The position numbers and the translations under genes were made by a program. Under the pieces are notes generated by a model. The model was not told where the DNA came from. It saw only the letters and a program-made list of their open reading frames with translations, and ran no database searches. DNA of 64,000 nt from Bugula neritina (Eukaryota > Animalia > Bryozoa), in contig OZ037765.1 of NCBI GenBank assembly GCA_964035545.1, positions 23,683,504 through 23,747,503 of the forward strand, in the 5' to 3' direction. Shown here one piece after another: positions 52,901-64,000 of this stretch (position 1 is its first letter; each line of letters opens with the position of its first letter).

Positions 52901-54973
52901 CAAGTGTCAAGAAAGAAAGGAGTAGAAAACGAGTGGAGAAAGCACGTCTTCGACGAGAAGCACTTCGAGCAAAAGCAAAACAAGATTATTTAGATCTTAA
53001 AAGAGCTCGAACTGCTGAATATAACAGGCGGTATAGGGCCAAGCAACGCATACTTAAAAAGCAGCAAGCTTTATCTACATCATTGACAAAAGCATAACAC
53101 ACTGCTAAACTTGTCAATAGTGCTTCGCCATGAACAAATGTTCGTTTAGAAAGCTGCCACATGAAGACATTTCGAGAAAAAACTGATGAATACAACATGA
53201 AAGCTGCATGTCAAACAGTTCAAAGTGCTTAGTTGAAAAATTAGTTCACCACAGGACAAAAATATTAAACAGAACTAAGCAAATTCATATGGAAGTTAAC
53301 TGACAAAAACTTTAAATACAGTATAAAATGGAAAATACTCAAGAAATCGAAATTGCAAAAGACCACCACAAAAAGATGCAACCTGTGCTTGTGAAAATGT
53401 GTTTTATACTATGCAGACCAAATATATATTATGCATTCACCACTTTCATTACACAATTTTAAATTATCTACAAGCGGCTAATAAAGAGCACTATCAGTGC
53501 ATACAATATACTAATATATACAATGTATGCTTGCAGACATGTTTTTTATATTTTACCGATCAAAAATGTGTATTTTAAACAAAGAAAATATATTACTTTC
53601 AATCTGTTGATACTTGGAGAAATTCTACTCCGTAGTTTTTTTTATTATATAATATCTAAAAACATAATCAACTAATGTTACTTGATATTCATTGTGCTCT
53701 ATGCTGTGTTATTTTGGATGAATTATATATATTGTGAAGGTGTGGGTAGCACACAATTAGTGCTATCTAATGATGCAGTTAGGTGCAAATATTATGATTT
53801 AATTTCAAATACCTTCTCCATCAACCGTTTATGAATAAATTCCACCACGTGATCCATTTCCTGAAGTTTAGGAGGAACAAGGCTGCTGGCAGGCCCCACA
53901 AGGTGTCCAATGTGATCTAAACCTAGATAATGGAGTACCATGATATCCCAATCTGTTCTAGCAAATTCTGCTGGTAGGTTGCGTGTCACATTGAGATCAA
54001 CCTTGCAATACATAATAATTTACGATATATTCAAATGCCAGTTGACAAATATAGGCAAGCACAAAATATAATTATATGAAGTTGAAAGTTGTACTGAACA
54101 ACCTATTAGACTGTTTAAAAAACATCACCAGAGAGCTTACCTCTGTATAGTCAGATACAAAAAATGAAGTGGTTCCTTCTGAACGTAGAAATAAACCAGG
54201 AAAAAGTTTCAGCCAAGTGTCATCACCATAAAATACACTTTTCATCCCAGACTGCGTAGCTTGATAGAGTAAACTATCGGCTTGGAAATCTGTGGTGTCA
54301 AAGTTCATGAGAACATCAATAAACCCGGGAATATCTCCAGTTGCCAATGCCTGCCATGTCAAATAGACAGTTATTTGTTGCTTCAAAAGGTGAAATATTC
54401 AAGTTTATAATTGTTTACAGTTAGCAAAACAATTTATTAAAAAACTTATTAAAATAATTTTGGCAACTTAATGATTTTATTCAGTGATCCACTATTAGCA
54501 TTTTAGGCTACAATTCTCTAAATATTAACTTGTAAACCGTTATATACATGTGTATTCACTAAAAAACAATATTTTGCAAATTAGCAATTTTTTACAGAAA
54601 ATCTGAGCATTCTATTACTAAACTTTACATGTTCACATGCCCTATAGCAAAACCCATGGTTATTTTAATGATAACGAACCTTAATTCTCGGCAGAGTGAC
54701 TGTTGGCGTGTGAACACGAGCATTATATATTTTAGCTAGATCTTTTTCTACCAGACTATTTAAATAGCCCCAGTGACTAGCACGCTCTGAGGTCACAAAT
54801 TCTGTTTTAAGTGCGTCAACAACCATTAGTACAACTTTACTCAACCGTTTCTTTGAGCAACATCTTTTAGCAGCATAGCTATTAGCTTGAGATTTGAGAG
54901 GAAGAAATCCATTAAAGAATAATGCTAATGAAACAAAAGTAGCTACCACTACACCAAATTTGAGTGTCTTCAT
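43959..54973 (-). CDS. PIGG: GPI ethanolamine phosphate transferase 2 (PIG-G/GPI7), ~852 aa
   Basis: Motifs VVDAL, PTVTLPRIKALATG, FYGDDTWLKLFP, GTTSFFVSDYTEVD, LHYLGLDHIGH, CGDHGM..GGHGG, ASSFIEEEHQ, GNSN..TID, RYHLFVWTVFAPKLLYE. Exons 54680-54973, 54141-54350, 53813-54001 (AAG acceptor), 49459-49591, 49126-49326, 48825-49024, 48297-48527, 47602-47891, 47128-47301, 46098-46368, 45360-45529, 43959-44154. Confidence 0.94.
48533..48841. repeat. Tandem duplication making up a PIGG intron (two diverged ~135-175-bp copies)
   Basis: tcatattattttctccacatttcttg and gtgactagcatagca each occur twice. Confidence 0.88.
49690..50030. repeat. Diverged direct repeat, copy A (copy B at ~53425-53710)
   Basis: Collinear shared anchors: aaattatctacaagc (49747/53461), tatgcttg, caaaaatgt (49864/53560), ttacttgat (49995/53678). 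Confidence 0.75.
52477..53097 (+). CDS. Nested antisense orphan gene: 206-aa basic helical protein built from a 351-bp tandem duplication
   Basis: Acceptor gatttcag| at 52468, AAAATGG start at 52477, repeat units starting at 52491 and 52842, candidate upstream non-coding exon ending at GTG|GTAAGT (50915/50916), AATAAA at 53480. Confidence 0.62.
   Translation: MDPKIRSASISKAQYMREYRANLSPSIKKERSRQRVEKARLRREALREKAKQDDLDLKRTQTDECIKQFRTKRHNLKGQQALFTPSTKAKHAAQPIDSSSPSTSVSLESCHLKTTQEKTVKTRSASISKAQYMKEYRANLSPSVKKERSRKRVEKARLRREALRAKAKQDYLDLKRARTAEYNRRYRAKQRILKKQQALSTSLTKA
53425..53710. repeat. Diverged direct repeat, copy B
   Basis: See copy A; offset ~3.7 kb. Confidence 0.75.
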
Positions 54974-57484
54974 TCCATAAATGCTGAAAAATACAAAATA
55001 ATATTGACATAAAAACATTTTTAATGGCTAGATTATGTCCACGTGAGCTTGTTCATGCATATTATTTATATCAAGTTATGCTTGAAATTTTCCATATAAC
55101 TATATATACTTACACGACACCTCTTGGAGGAACTACTTGAAGCAACAATTCAACAAGAAAAACTTTACATTAAATATATTTATGAGTTTGAAAAGAGAAA
55201 TCAGTAATGTTATTATAAATGATATAACTACAGCTACTTCAATGATCAATAAACTAAAATACAACATATACAAAATGGATTGCTATGATTACGGCATATT
55301 TATTCTAAATTAAATAACAGTATTTATTGAACTGAAAGAAAGATTGAGCAAATAATTTATTTGAAACAAAAACACTGCTATGCAATTATTTTAAAATATT
55401 ATATTGAGATTGACTAAAGTGAAGCAAACCTGATGACTGATGGCCACAGCTATTATAATATAATAATAATTATAATAACAGCTATTACAGTATTGGCTGT
55501 CAGTAATATCAATATAGTAATACTAGGAGTATACTAATACTCATAATAATAATCATGGTGATATTGATACTAACTTACTGTTTATGATTACTAGTAGTAT
55601 AACTTATAACTATTACTTCAAGTATACCTACAAACAATATAACTATACATATAACTTGTAAGTATTAGTATAACTATACATTATAGTTATACTATAACTT
55701 ATAGTTATAATTTGTACGCTTATTTATTAAACTTTGAAGGCATTCCATTTACTATTTGTAGAAGTATTACTATTCTTACTATTGCTATTACTTGAATTTC
55801 AAGTCTGATAGTAATTGTTAAATTAAAATTTAATTTTAAACTTGAATTAAAAATAAATTGAATAATTTTAATATTAATATTTATATTATTTAATAAATTT
55901 GAGCAGCATTTCAATACATTTACCAATTGAATAAAAAATTAGAGCTATAGCATTAAATTTAATCATGTTTAGCCATATCCAGAAAACAGGATGATGAGCT
56001 ACAAGGCACAAGGGCATGGAATTGGATACTTCAAGTTGATGTTAGTTGATAAACTTCTTTGGAGGAACTTTTCGAAAAAAGTTTGAAACATACTCGCTAC
56101 TTTGTTGGCCTGCCTACTTATTTTTATTGGCCAACGTCATCCGAATACTATTATTAATATTACGACCACTGTAAGTACGTCATAAGGCAGTTGAAACTTC
56201 CAGTCAAGTAGCAGTACATAATAATGTTAAGAAATGCTATTATTTTGCATCACCACCTTCTGCAGGCTGCAGTTTTTTGTGTGTGATAGAAAAATGGCAT
56301 TTATTAAAAAACTCAAGGAAAAGAATTTATGCTTACAAATAACATATTAATTAATAAAACAGAAAATATAGGCCTGAAGTGCATGCATACTATGACTTGC
56401 TTGGCAAGAAAAAATTGATATATGTGTCCTGCCATGAATGTGAAACTTGATGTATAAGAAAAGGAAAAAATAAACTTATACTCAATGAAATATGTTAACA
56501 TATTTTGTCTTTTATCAAATTGCCTTTAGCTGTAAATTACTAAACCATAGGTGTTGTACACAGCCAGTAGCAGCCTAATTGACGGCCCACTCATCATCAT
56601 AAGAGTGAGATTCAGGTAATTTACATAAATAGTCTAATCTTTACTATCAATTACAAAAATGATCAGTTATATGTACAAAGTTTCAAACTAAAGACTAGTA
56701 TTAATTTTATTTTGTTTGACAGTAGCCAATATCCAATATCTCATGAAACCACTGGACTTGAACTACTTTATGGAGCCATATAAATCAGCTGCATGAACTT
56801 ATTTTTATGATAGTTTGGTGGTGCAGTCATTATGGCCTAAGAAAAATAATATTTTTAATGAAGTAAAGCAATCAAGCAGGATATGAACGCCTACAGTGCT
56901 ATATTATAGTTAACACAAAGCCATGAGTCATACTATAATTTCTGTGAAAGAATTATGCCAGATATTTCTAGCCTAAGAAAATATAAATACAAGTAAAGGA
57001 ATATTCTCATTGTTAGAAATTTATTTGACCATAACTTTAAAATAATTATATTGTAGAACGTATGAAAATTAAGAAAAAGAATTGTGCGATAATGTAGACA
57101 AAAGTAATGCTGCTATATTTTTTCAATAGCAGGCTAAAGTTACTATTGCTAGTTTATACCGTGAATAATCAAAATTTTATTTTATGGTTGCGATTTTTAA
57201 GTCACGTGCTTACAGCTTCTCTGCTCTTCAAAATTTGCAGATGCTCTTAATTTCATCTAGCTTTCATGTTATTCAAAAATACTTATATTAACTTGACACT
57301 GCAAGTAGTTTTGTAATAAAATATATTTTAATCAACAGAAGATACATAATAGTATTAAGTGTGACTGACGGGTAATAGAAGAAAGCATACTAATGCAATG
57401 ATTTATACTGTGAGCTGTCCAAGTCGTATTATGTATAATGACAGACTATAAGAAATGCATGGCAGACAAAACACATGCCTTATA

Positions 57485-57488
<4 letters not shown>

Positions 57489-57569
<81 letters not shown>
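57489..57569. repeat. (AT)n microsatellite, ~40 units, just 3' of the SK stop codon
   Basis: Read directly. Confidence 0.98.
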
Positions 57570-57612
57570 ATTGTTAGCAGTAGCATTACGGCAGCTTGGT
57601 GAATATTACACC

Positions 57613-60600
57613 TCAATATCTTTGCTGCATCTCTTGATCTTGTTTGTCAGTCTGACTAATAGAAGGTGCAGTTTGTGAAGTTGTATTATGTTGTATATCT
57701 AGTATTGCTTGAGCTATTGACCCAGGTAACAGTTCCATTTGATCCTGTAGGCACAAAATAAACATGTCATATAGATTTTATACAAATGCGATATAGAATA
57801 CATATATTTGTTTGCATTGAGCTTTATCTTACATGCATTTTACTTTTCAACAAAAAAGTTGTTTTAACAACTACATTTTTATTTATATTTAGCTGATTGA
57901 GATTAAATTCCTACATTCTCAACTTACCTGCAATGATGCTGCTAAATTTTCAATAGCAGTCAATCTATCTTCATTCTTGCATTGAGTTTCTTTTAATTGT
58001 GAAACAATTTCCAAAACTGAATTCGTTGTCTGAAGATACACATATTACATAGCAGCGTATATGATGTGCACAGAGTATTATAATGTAAGTATGCTGTAAG
58101 TATATAATTTAACCTCACATATCGGCCTAGTACTAAATATTTTTACGTTATATAAAAATGCAACCAGTGGTACACTTGGCTTAATGCATTTTCTTGCTTT
58201 TATTAGCATTCCTTAATATGGGCAAACTAAAATGCTGCAGCAAAACTAACTGTCTTAATGGTAATTGTTAAAGCCACCAGCAAATGCATTCCCATCTCCA
58301 AAACATGTTCTAAAAAACTTAGAAAGTAGATTATAATGTCTCTTATACATTGCCAGTTGAATACCTTAGCAAAATCTGTTAAACTGTTTGCTTGGTCAGC
58401 TAATTTTCTTTGCTTTATCTTTACCTTCCTTAGACTAAAAATAGGCAAAAGTAAATTTAATTATCATTTATAACTGGAAAAACCTGAAGTATATGCAAGA
58501 AAGACCCTATAGCAGCCTATAGCTTGATACTAGAAAAACTCATTATCTAAGCTTTAGAGGCTGTAGACTTCTTCACACAGCATTGGAAAATTGGTATAAA
58601 TTATTTATAACAACTGTCAGCTGATATTATAAACTAAATACGATTAAATTTCTTAGACCTATAAGATAACATACTTTGTTGACTTATGCGCTAAAGCTGT
58701 TGAAATTATATGAATAATTTAGGTTGTTATTTTTCATTGACAACTTGAATAAAAATGACACAGAAAAGAGGTTGATTTATTGGAAAGTCATTCAAACTTG
58801 TTGACAAGCCTCTTCGATAAGCAGACATTTTTGTGTGACGTATACTCACTCATTTATTGCCTGTAAAAACTTGCGCTGATGAGCTCTTACTCTTGTCTTA
58901 TTTAATCTTCGTGGTTTCACCATCTTAGTATATTTATATATTAGCCATGTTTCTCTCAAAACATTAGCTGCTGCATCTTTAAGCTAGAAAAGAAATTCAA
59001 ATTTATGAATTTATAGTAATTGAAACTAGTTTTTAGTTCAACACCAATTAATAGTAATATATGCTTGCACAACTTTATTAAAGCTTCTTTTTAATATGTT
59101 ATTGAGTTGCTGCGCTGTATCTTGGGAGGATGAAGTTGGATTTCCCACATGCGGAGCTAAACATAGTTTCCAGGTCCAGGTTTGTTCAGAGAGATGTGGT
59201 TCTAAATGCTGCTGTTGGATAAAATATTTTAGGCTCTTTTATTTATACAACCATTCAGCTCCGGAGATCAATGCAGAAATATTTATTGCTATTTGGCTAA
59301 AACTTCACATACTTGTAAGTAACAGTAGCTTCTATAAAGTTGCGTTTAGAAGTTGTTTAAATGAATGATTATTGGAGCGCTACTTGTTAAACATGAAATG
59401 GTCTATTTTTTTAAAGGTTAATCACAAAAGATTTGAAATACCACCCACTCTTATTGTTGTTTAGAAATTAACATAGCCTCTTTTGGTTTATGAGTTTTTT
59501 TACCTGGAACTTATTTATTTTTAGTTTCAGATTCTTGCCTTATTTATTAACATAGCATCTCCATGTTTTGTTTAACAATATGTCTTCAACTTTACCTTTT
59601 TGGATAACTGGTTTTCCATCATAAAGTTGTGAACATGCTTCTCAGCTCTAGTTAGTTCCAATTTCTTAGCAATGACTGCTACTACTAGGGCAGTGCAGCC
59701 AGCCCCCTACAGTATATAATAATTATATTAGGAAATAAGGATATAGATCATGTAACGCTCTAAAATGTGGAGATGACAATAATAGTTGTGAGCTAGTACA
59801 AAAGTTTTTGACTGCATAAAATTAAGACTAGATTTACAAGCTTTATATATATAGTATATAATGTGTAATACCCAGCATATAAATTCATGTCGGTGAATTT
59901 GGCAGTATTACTATAATGTTATATGCTACTATATTAAACTGCATTATACTACTATATTGTCCTACTATATTTATATGCTACTGTGTTATACTATCGTAGC
60001 CTACTATTACACTACTATATTATACTATTTTCTATATTGCAGGGCTCCACTATGATGAAAACTGTGGCTTGATGCAGGAACTCAAGAATAACACTTTAAT
60101 GTTATGGTGATTGCAGGTAGTTGTCCATCCCGAATGCACCTACATGCAGCTTATTAATACATTGAAACAGCTAACAAGCTAGTGAATGACAAATGTTCTT
60201 AATTTTGATTTTTGTACATTAATTTTATTTTTACATAATGTTATAAGCAATATTAGATATAAGAATGTAGATATCCACAAAGTTATTGCAGTATTATATT
60301 ATGCTATGCTTTTGTATTTCATTGATTATACAGTTTCACACTTATATATAAACTTAAAATTATTATAAATATTTCAATTTTTAAAATTAGTTTTGTTGGA
60401 AATAGCTAAAGAAAAGCATAGCTGTTTTCCTGTGTTTAGAAAAGTCCATTCATGAAGTTTTGATAGATTTTTTTTTTAATTTAAATTAAAACAGTTTTCT
60501 CATGACCTGCATTAAACTATAATCTGTATAATATAAGAATGAATGCATAATATATATATAATATATGAACAGCCATATATTTCCTTGAATGGCAGCTGGT

Positions 60601-63600
60601 ATTCTTACAAGCAGAGAATACTTTATGTGATGTATTATATCATTTTCTGCATTATTTTTTGAAATACTTCAAAAAACTTTTTCGAAAGGTTTGCTTAAAA
60701 TCAAAATCATGATGATAAGAGACATGCAGATAATATTTTTGACATACATATTCTGTTGTTTGTAAAATATTCTGCATTCAATAGAAACAGAGGTTGCAGT
60801 CAATGCGCTACAATGCTAAATTCAAACTGAACTGTTGCAATCACAAATCATTAAATCACTAAATAAATTGATGGACTGAAAAATGCTCACAGTGATCAAG
60901 TCATTGAACTACTTGATTCATTTGAAACAAATGCTGCTTTGAGGTCATATCTGAACACCCCAACTGACTTAATCAATACTGTCACCACTGCTATGTGATT
61001 ACAGGGTAGATACATAAATGATGACCTCTCAAAACCAAAATGTAATTACATTCCCAAAACTTGTAGTTAGCAAAGGTTAAACAACAGTTTATAATAAAAT
61101 AAAATCTAACTGAAAGTTTCACCTAGATTGCTAAGCATCATCTTTTTAGTTATAATACCCAGGTCAGCAGGTGAAAGTTTTAGTGAGCAATAAGTGGATA
61201 CAGAGTAAAGTTAAAATTTTATCCAATAAGCACAGATAGTGGTGATTGCAGGAGTAATAGAAACCACATTATTTTTCTAATGAAAAAGCAATCGAAAGTT
61301 GTCAACCTCTTAATACCACACACACTGAGTCTAAGCATGTCATCCCTACACCCCTTACCCCAAGTTGTATGCTTTGTATTACTGTTTATACAATTTTTAC
61401 GCTGTATCAACTTTAACAAGCTTATATATACATCAATTATTGTATTATTTTAATATTCATATAATGTTGCAAATTATTATTCTTTACTTCTATTTTCCAA
61501 CTTGTGCATTGTATTTCCCACAATAACAATATGATAGAACTGTTTATATTTTAAGCTCCTCCCACTTATTGCATCTATATAAATAATGTGTTTTATACAA
61601 TAACGAGATTCAGCCTAATAAACCAGTAACTGATCCACGTCTTTATAAACACGTGCAAATTATTACAAATTGCAACTATACAAATAAGTCGCAACAAATC
61701 CAAGACATTAAGGCAGTGCAAGCATATATTGGTAGTTCCTACACTTTTTAGTCAATCAAATTACACCAGTTTAGGAGATGTTGCTGAATTCGAAAAATAT
61801 GTCATGTTTACAAAAGTTACAATTTTTAAAGAACGCTAATGGTTAACCACACTCAGTTTTCAAACCGCTAAATCAAGTCATTAAACAAGCTATACAGATT
61901 ATTGTGGAATAGGGGCTGCCAAAATTCCAGTCTCTCTAACTAGGACAAGTCAATGAACAGCTGATATGAAACTCTTTTAGCTTTTACTCAATGCACATCA
62001 TGAAATTATTTTGCTTGGTGTTCAACAGAACAAAAAAACTTTTTAAACTGATCAATGCAGACCTGCATATCATTACTGTTATGTCATATTGTACAGTATA
62101 TATTTACATATAGGTGTGCATAGAACTATAATTACAGACAAAACTTTTCACTCAAAAGCATATATTATTATAACACAAAGTATGATCATAAAATCATGTC
62201 TATTGGCTAACACCCATCATGTTATCGTATAGAAGTGGCATCTCTATTAGATAATCAATACTAAGTAAACATATAACTTGTTGTTTAATAGAGTTTACTT
62301 ACTACAATGACTGCATGATGGATACTAATTATTATATCAATGTATAATATTTACTAAAACATTAAATTGGTTCTTCACTACATTAGCTATACCTATTATT
62401 CCAATTACCTCAAAAACAAAGGGACGCTATGTATATATTATTTGTATGTGCAAATGTAAACTGGTACTGCAGCTATACTGTAAAGTTTAGGTTTATGATA
62501 GAGCTATATGCTAATGTAACATCTAAAAGGTTAATGCACATTCATGTAAGTGGCTCAGCCATAGAATAATGTAATAAAGTTATCACCACTATGTTTTATA
62601 GAGTGACAGAGTAAGTATAGCTGACACTTGTGGTCTTACCATTAAGCCAGATAACACTGCTACACCTCTTCCGCAGTATGTATGTGGGATAAAATCTCCA
62701 TACCCTACTGATAGGAAGGTTATAGCGACCAAATATAAGGAATTCAGCAGGTTTTTTAGGAGTTCATTGTGCCAGCTAAAAAAGCAACATTTTATACTGC
62801 AGATATATTTATATGCTAGTCAACAGTATGGCTAGTTACAATCAGAGTTCTCAGTACAATATTATTTGGAATGTTCAGGTATAAAGAAAAGTACCATAAA
62901 ATGATGCTGCTGCTACAACTTCACACCTGGACTGAGTGTAATTACAATGAGCTTTGCCACAGACAGTATTACCATACCAGTACTGTATAAAGTAATTAAA
63001 ACAGTCATGCTCTTTTTGGCAATACAGGGACTGCCACAAGGGCCATATCAGGGCATTAGTATCTCATTTAAAGCTGCATGACCTTATAACAAATCCCACT
63101 GTTAGTTTTTGTACATGAAAAAAAACAACAATTGATTATAAATATGATAAAATACTACTATAAAAAAGCAGGTTCTGTTAACTTGTATAGTTATCTCTTT
63201 GGGTGCATATTTTCAGTAACAAATGTAATTATAGTTAAATTTGATTGCTCTTAACCTTACCATTCACATGCCCTTAGAGTCCACGCGAAGATAATCCAAA
63301 GAGACAGTGTAAAAACCACTAAAACTGTTCCTGGAAAAATGTTCATTAGTGTTTTCAGAACAAATCTCGTGTTAAAAGTGATTTTGTTAAGTGCACCGAT
63401 GCTTCTAGATGAGGCGTCAGTAAAGAGTTTGCTGTGTAAGAGCATCACTCTGATGATTAAGTATAGCCTCATAAACATGGGCAGAGAGAACAGGACATCA
63501 GTGGGCACGCTGGCCACAACCCAGTTTAATGTTTTTATATCTAAAATAGCCCACTTGAAGTAATGGGGCCCTGGTAACGGGTGAACGGCACAGATTATTA

Positions 63601-63679
63601 ACTCCATCATAATCTGAAATATTCTTCTCCAAGACATACTGATCCTCCAATCTTCTACACAATTATCCACCACAAACAA
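57613..63679 (-). CDS. KCNN: Small-conductance Ca2+-activated K+ channel (SK/KCNN), S3 to C-terminus; 5' exons lie beyond the right edge
   Basis: Motifs [94 protein letters not shown] (CaM-binding). Exons 63261-63679, 62640-62775, 59596-59706, 58850-58983, 58365-58434, 57928-58029, 57613-57744. Confidence 0.95.
59905..60040. repeat. Degenerate TACTA/TATA low-complexity tract in an SK intron
   Basis: Repeated (c)tactatatt units read directly. Confidence 0.7.
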
Positions 63680-64000
63680 CTAAAATGCCAAGTAATGTAG
63701 CAGTATGCAAACAAGTTTAAACTGGCATAAATGAATGTGCTTAGTTCATTTTTGTGTAATGATACTATTTATAAAAAATTTACAATTATTACGAATAAAA
63801 CGGCAACTGTGATCAGATTCATTCAACTTTTTGAGTTTTAGTAAATGCTACTTGACTTACTTTAACTTCAATGGCATGGTAGATACTAATGAGGCATAAA
63901 AGGCACACTGTAGTAAGACTAATCATGCTCTTTATTACATATGATCCAACTTTCATCTACAAATATAAAATGTGTCTGTTAGTAAAGTGCCATAAAGTAG

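Noticed and set aside
59707-62639. Mutually exclusive alternative pore exon in the long SK intron
   Set aside because: No second GYG-type or S6-like exon found by eye.
422-63563. Numerous 60-100 aa + strand ORFs in the track
   Set aside because: Antisense shadows of real minus-strand exons or chance ORFs in AT-rich DNA; only 52477-53097 has independent gene-like signals.

Overview
AT-rich, intron-rich eukaryotic (invertebrate animal-type) genomic DNA; the taxon cannot be fixed from sequence alone. I assembled five minus-strand multi-exon genes by hand from GT-AG sites with consistent phases. They are: the 5' part of USP24 (262-9674, runs off the left edge), a 225-aa secreted/GPI-type Reeler-domain gene (12438-15962), a complete PTB/PTBP gene (26533-40485), a complete PIGG gene (43959-54973), and the 3' part of an SK/KCNN channel (57613-63679). 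A 4419-bp Gmr1-like Ty3/Gypsy LTR element (17779-22197) has apparently identical 552-bp LTRs and an AATAC target-site duplication. It lacks RT, has a D-to-N integrase lesion and has a gag/pol frame break, so it looks like a recently trans-mobilised non-autonomous element. The best-supported regulatory finding is the vertebrate-style PTB autoregulatory cassette: a 34-nt frame-shifting exon, a ~227-nt AG-exclusion zone, a distant branch point, and a premature stop on skipping. The most novel-looking locus is a plus-strand orphan gene nested in a PIGG intron. It encodes two 117-aa basic helical repeats and is bracketed by diverged direct repeats. All family calls rest on motif recognition, not database searches.
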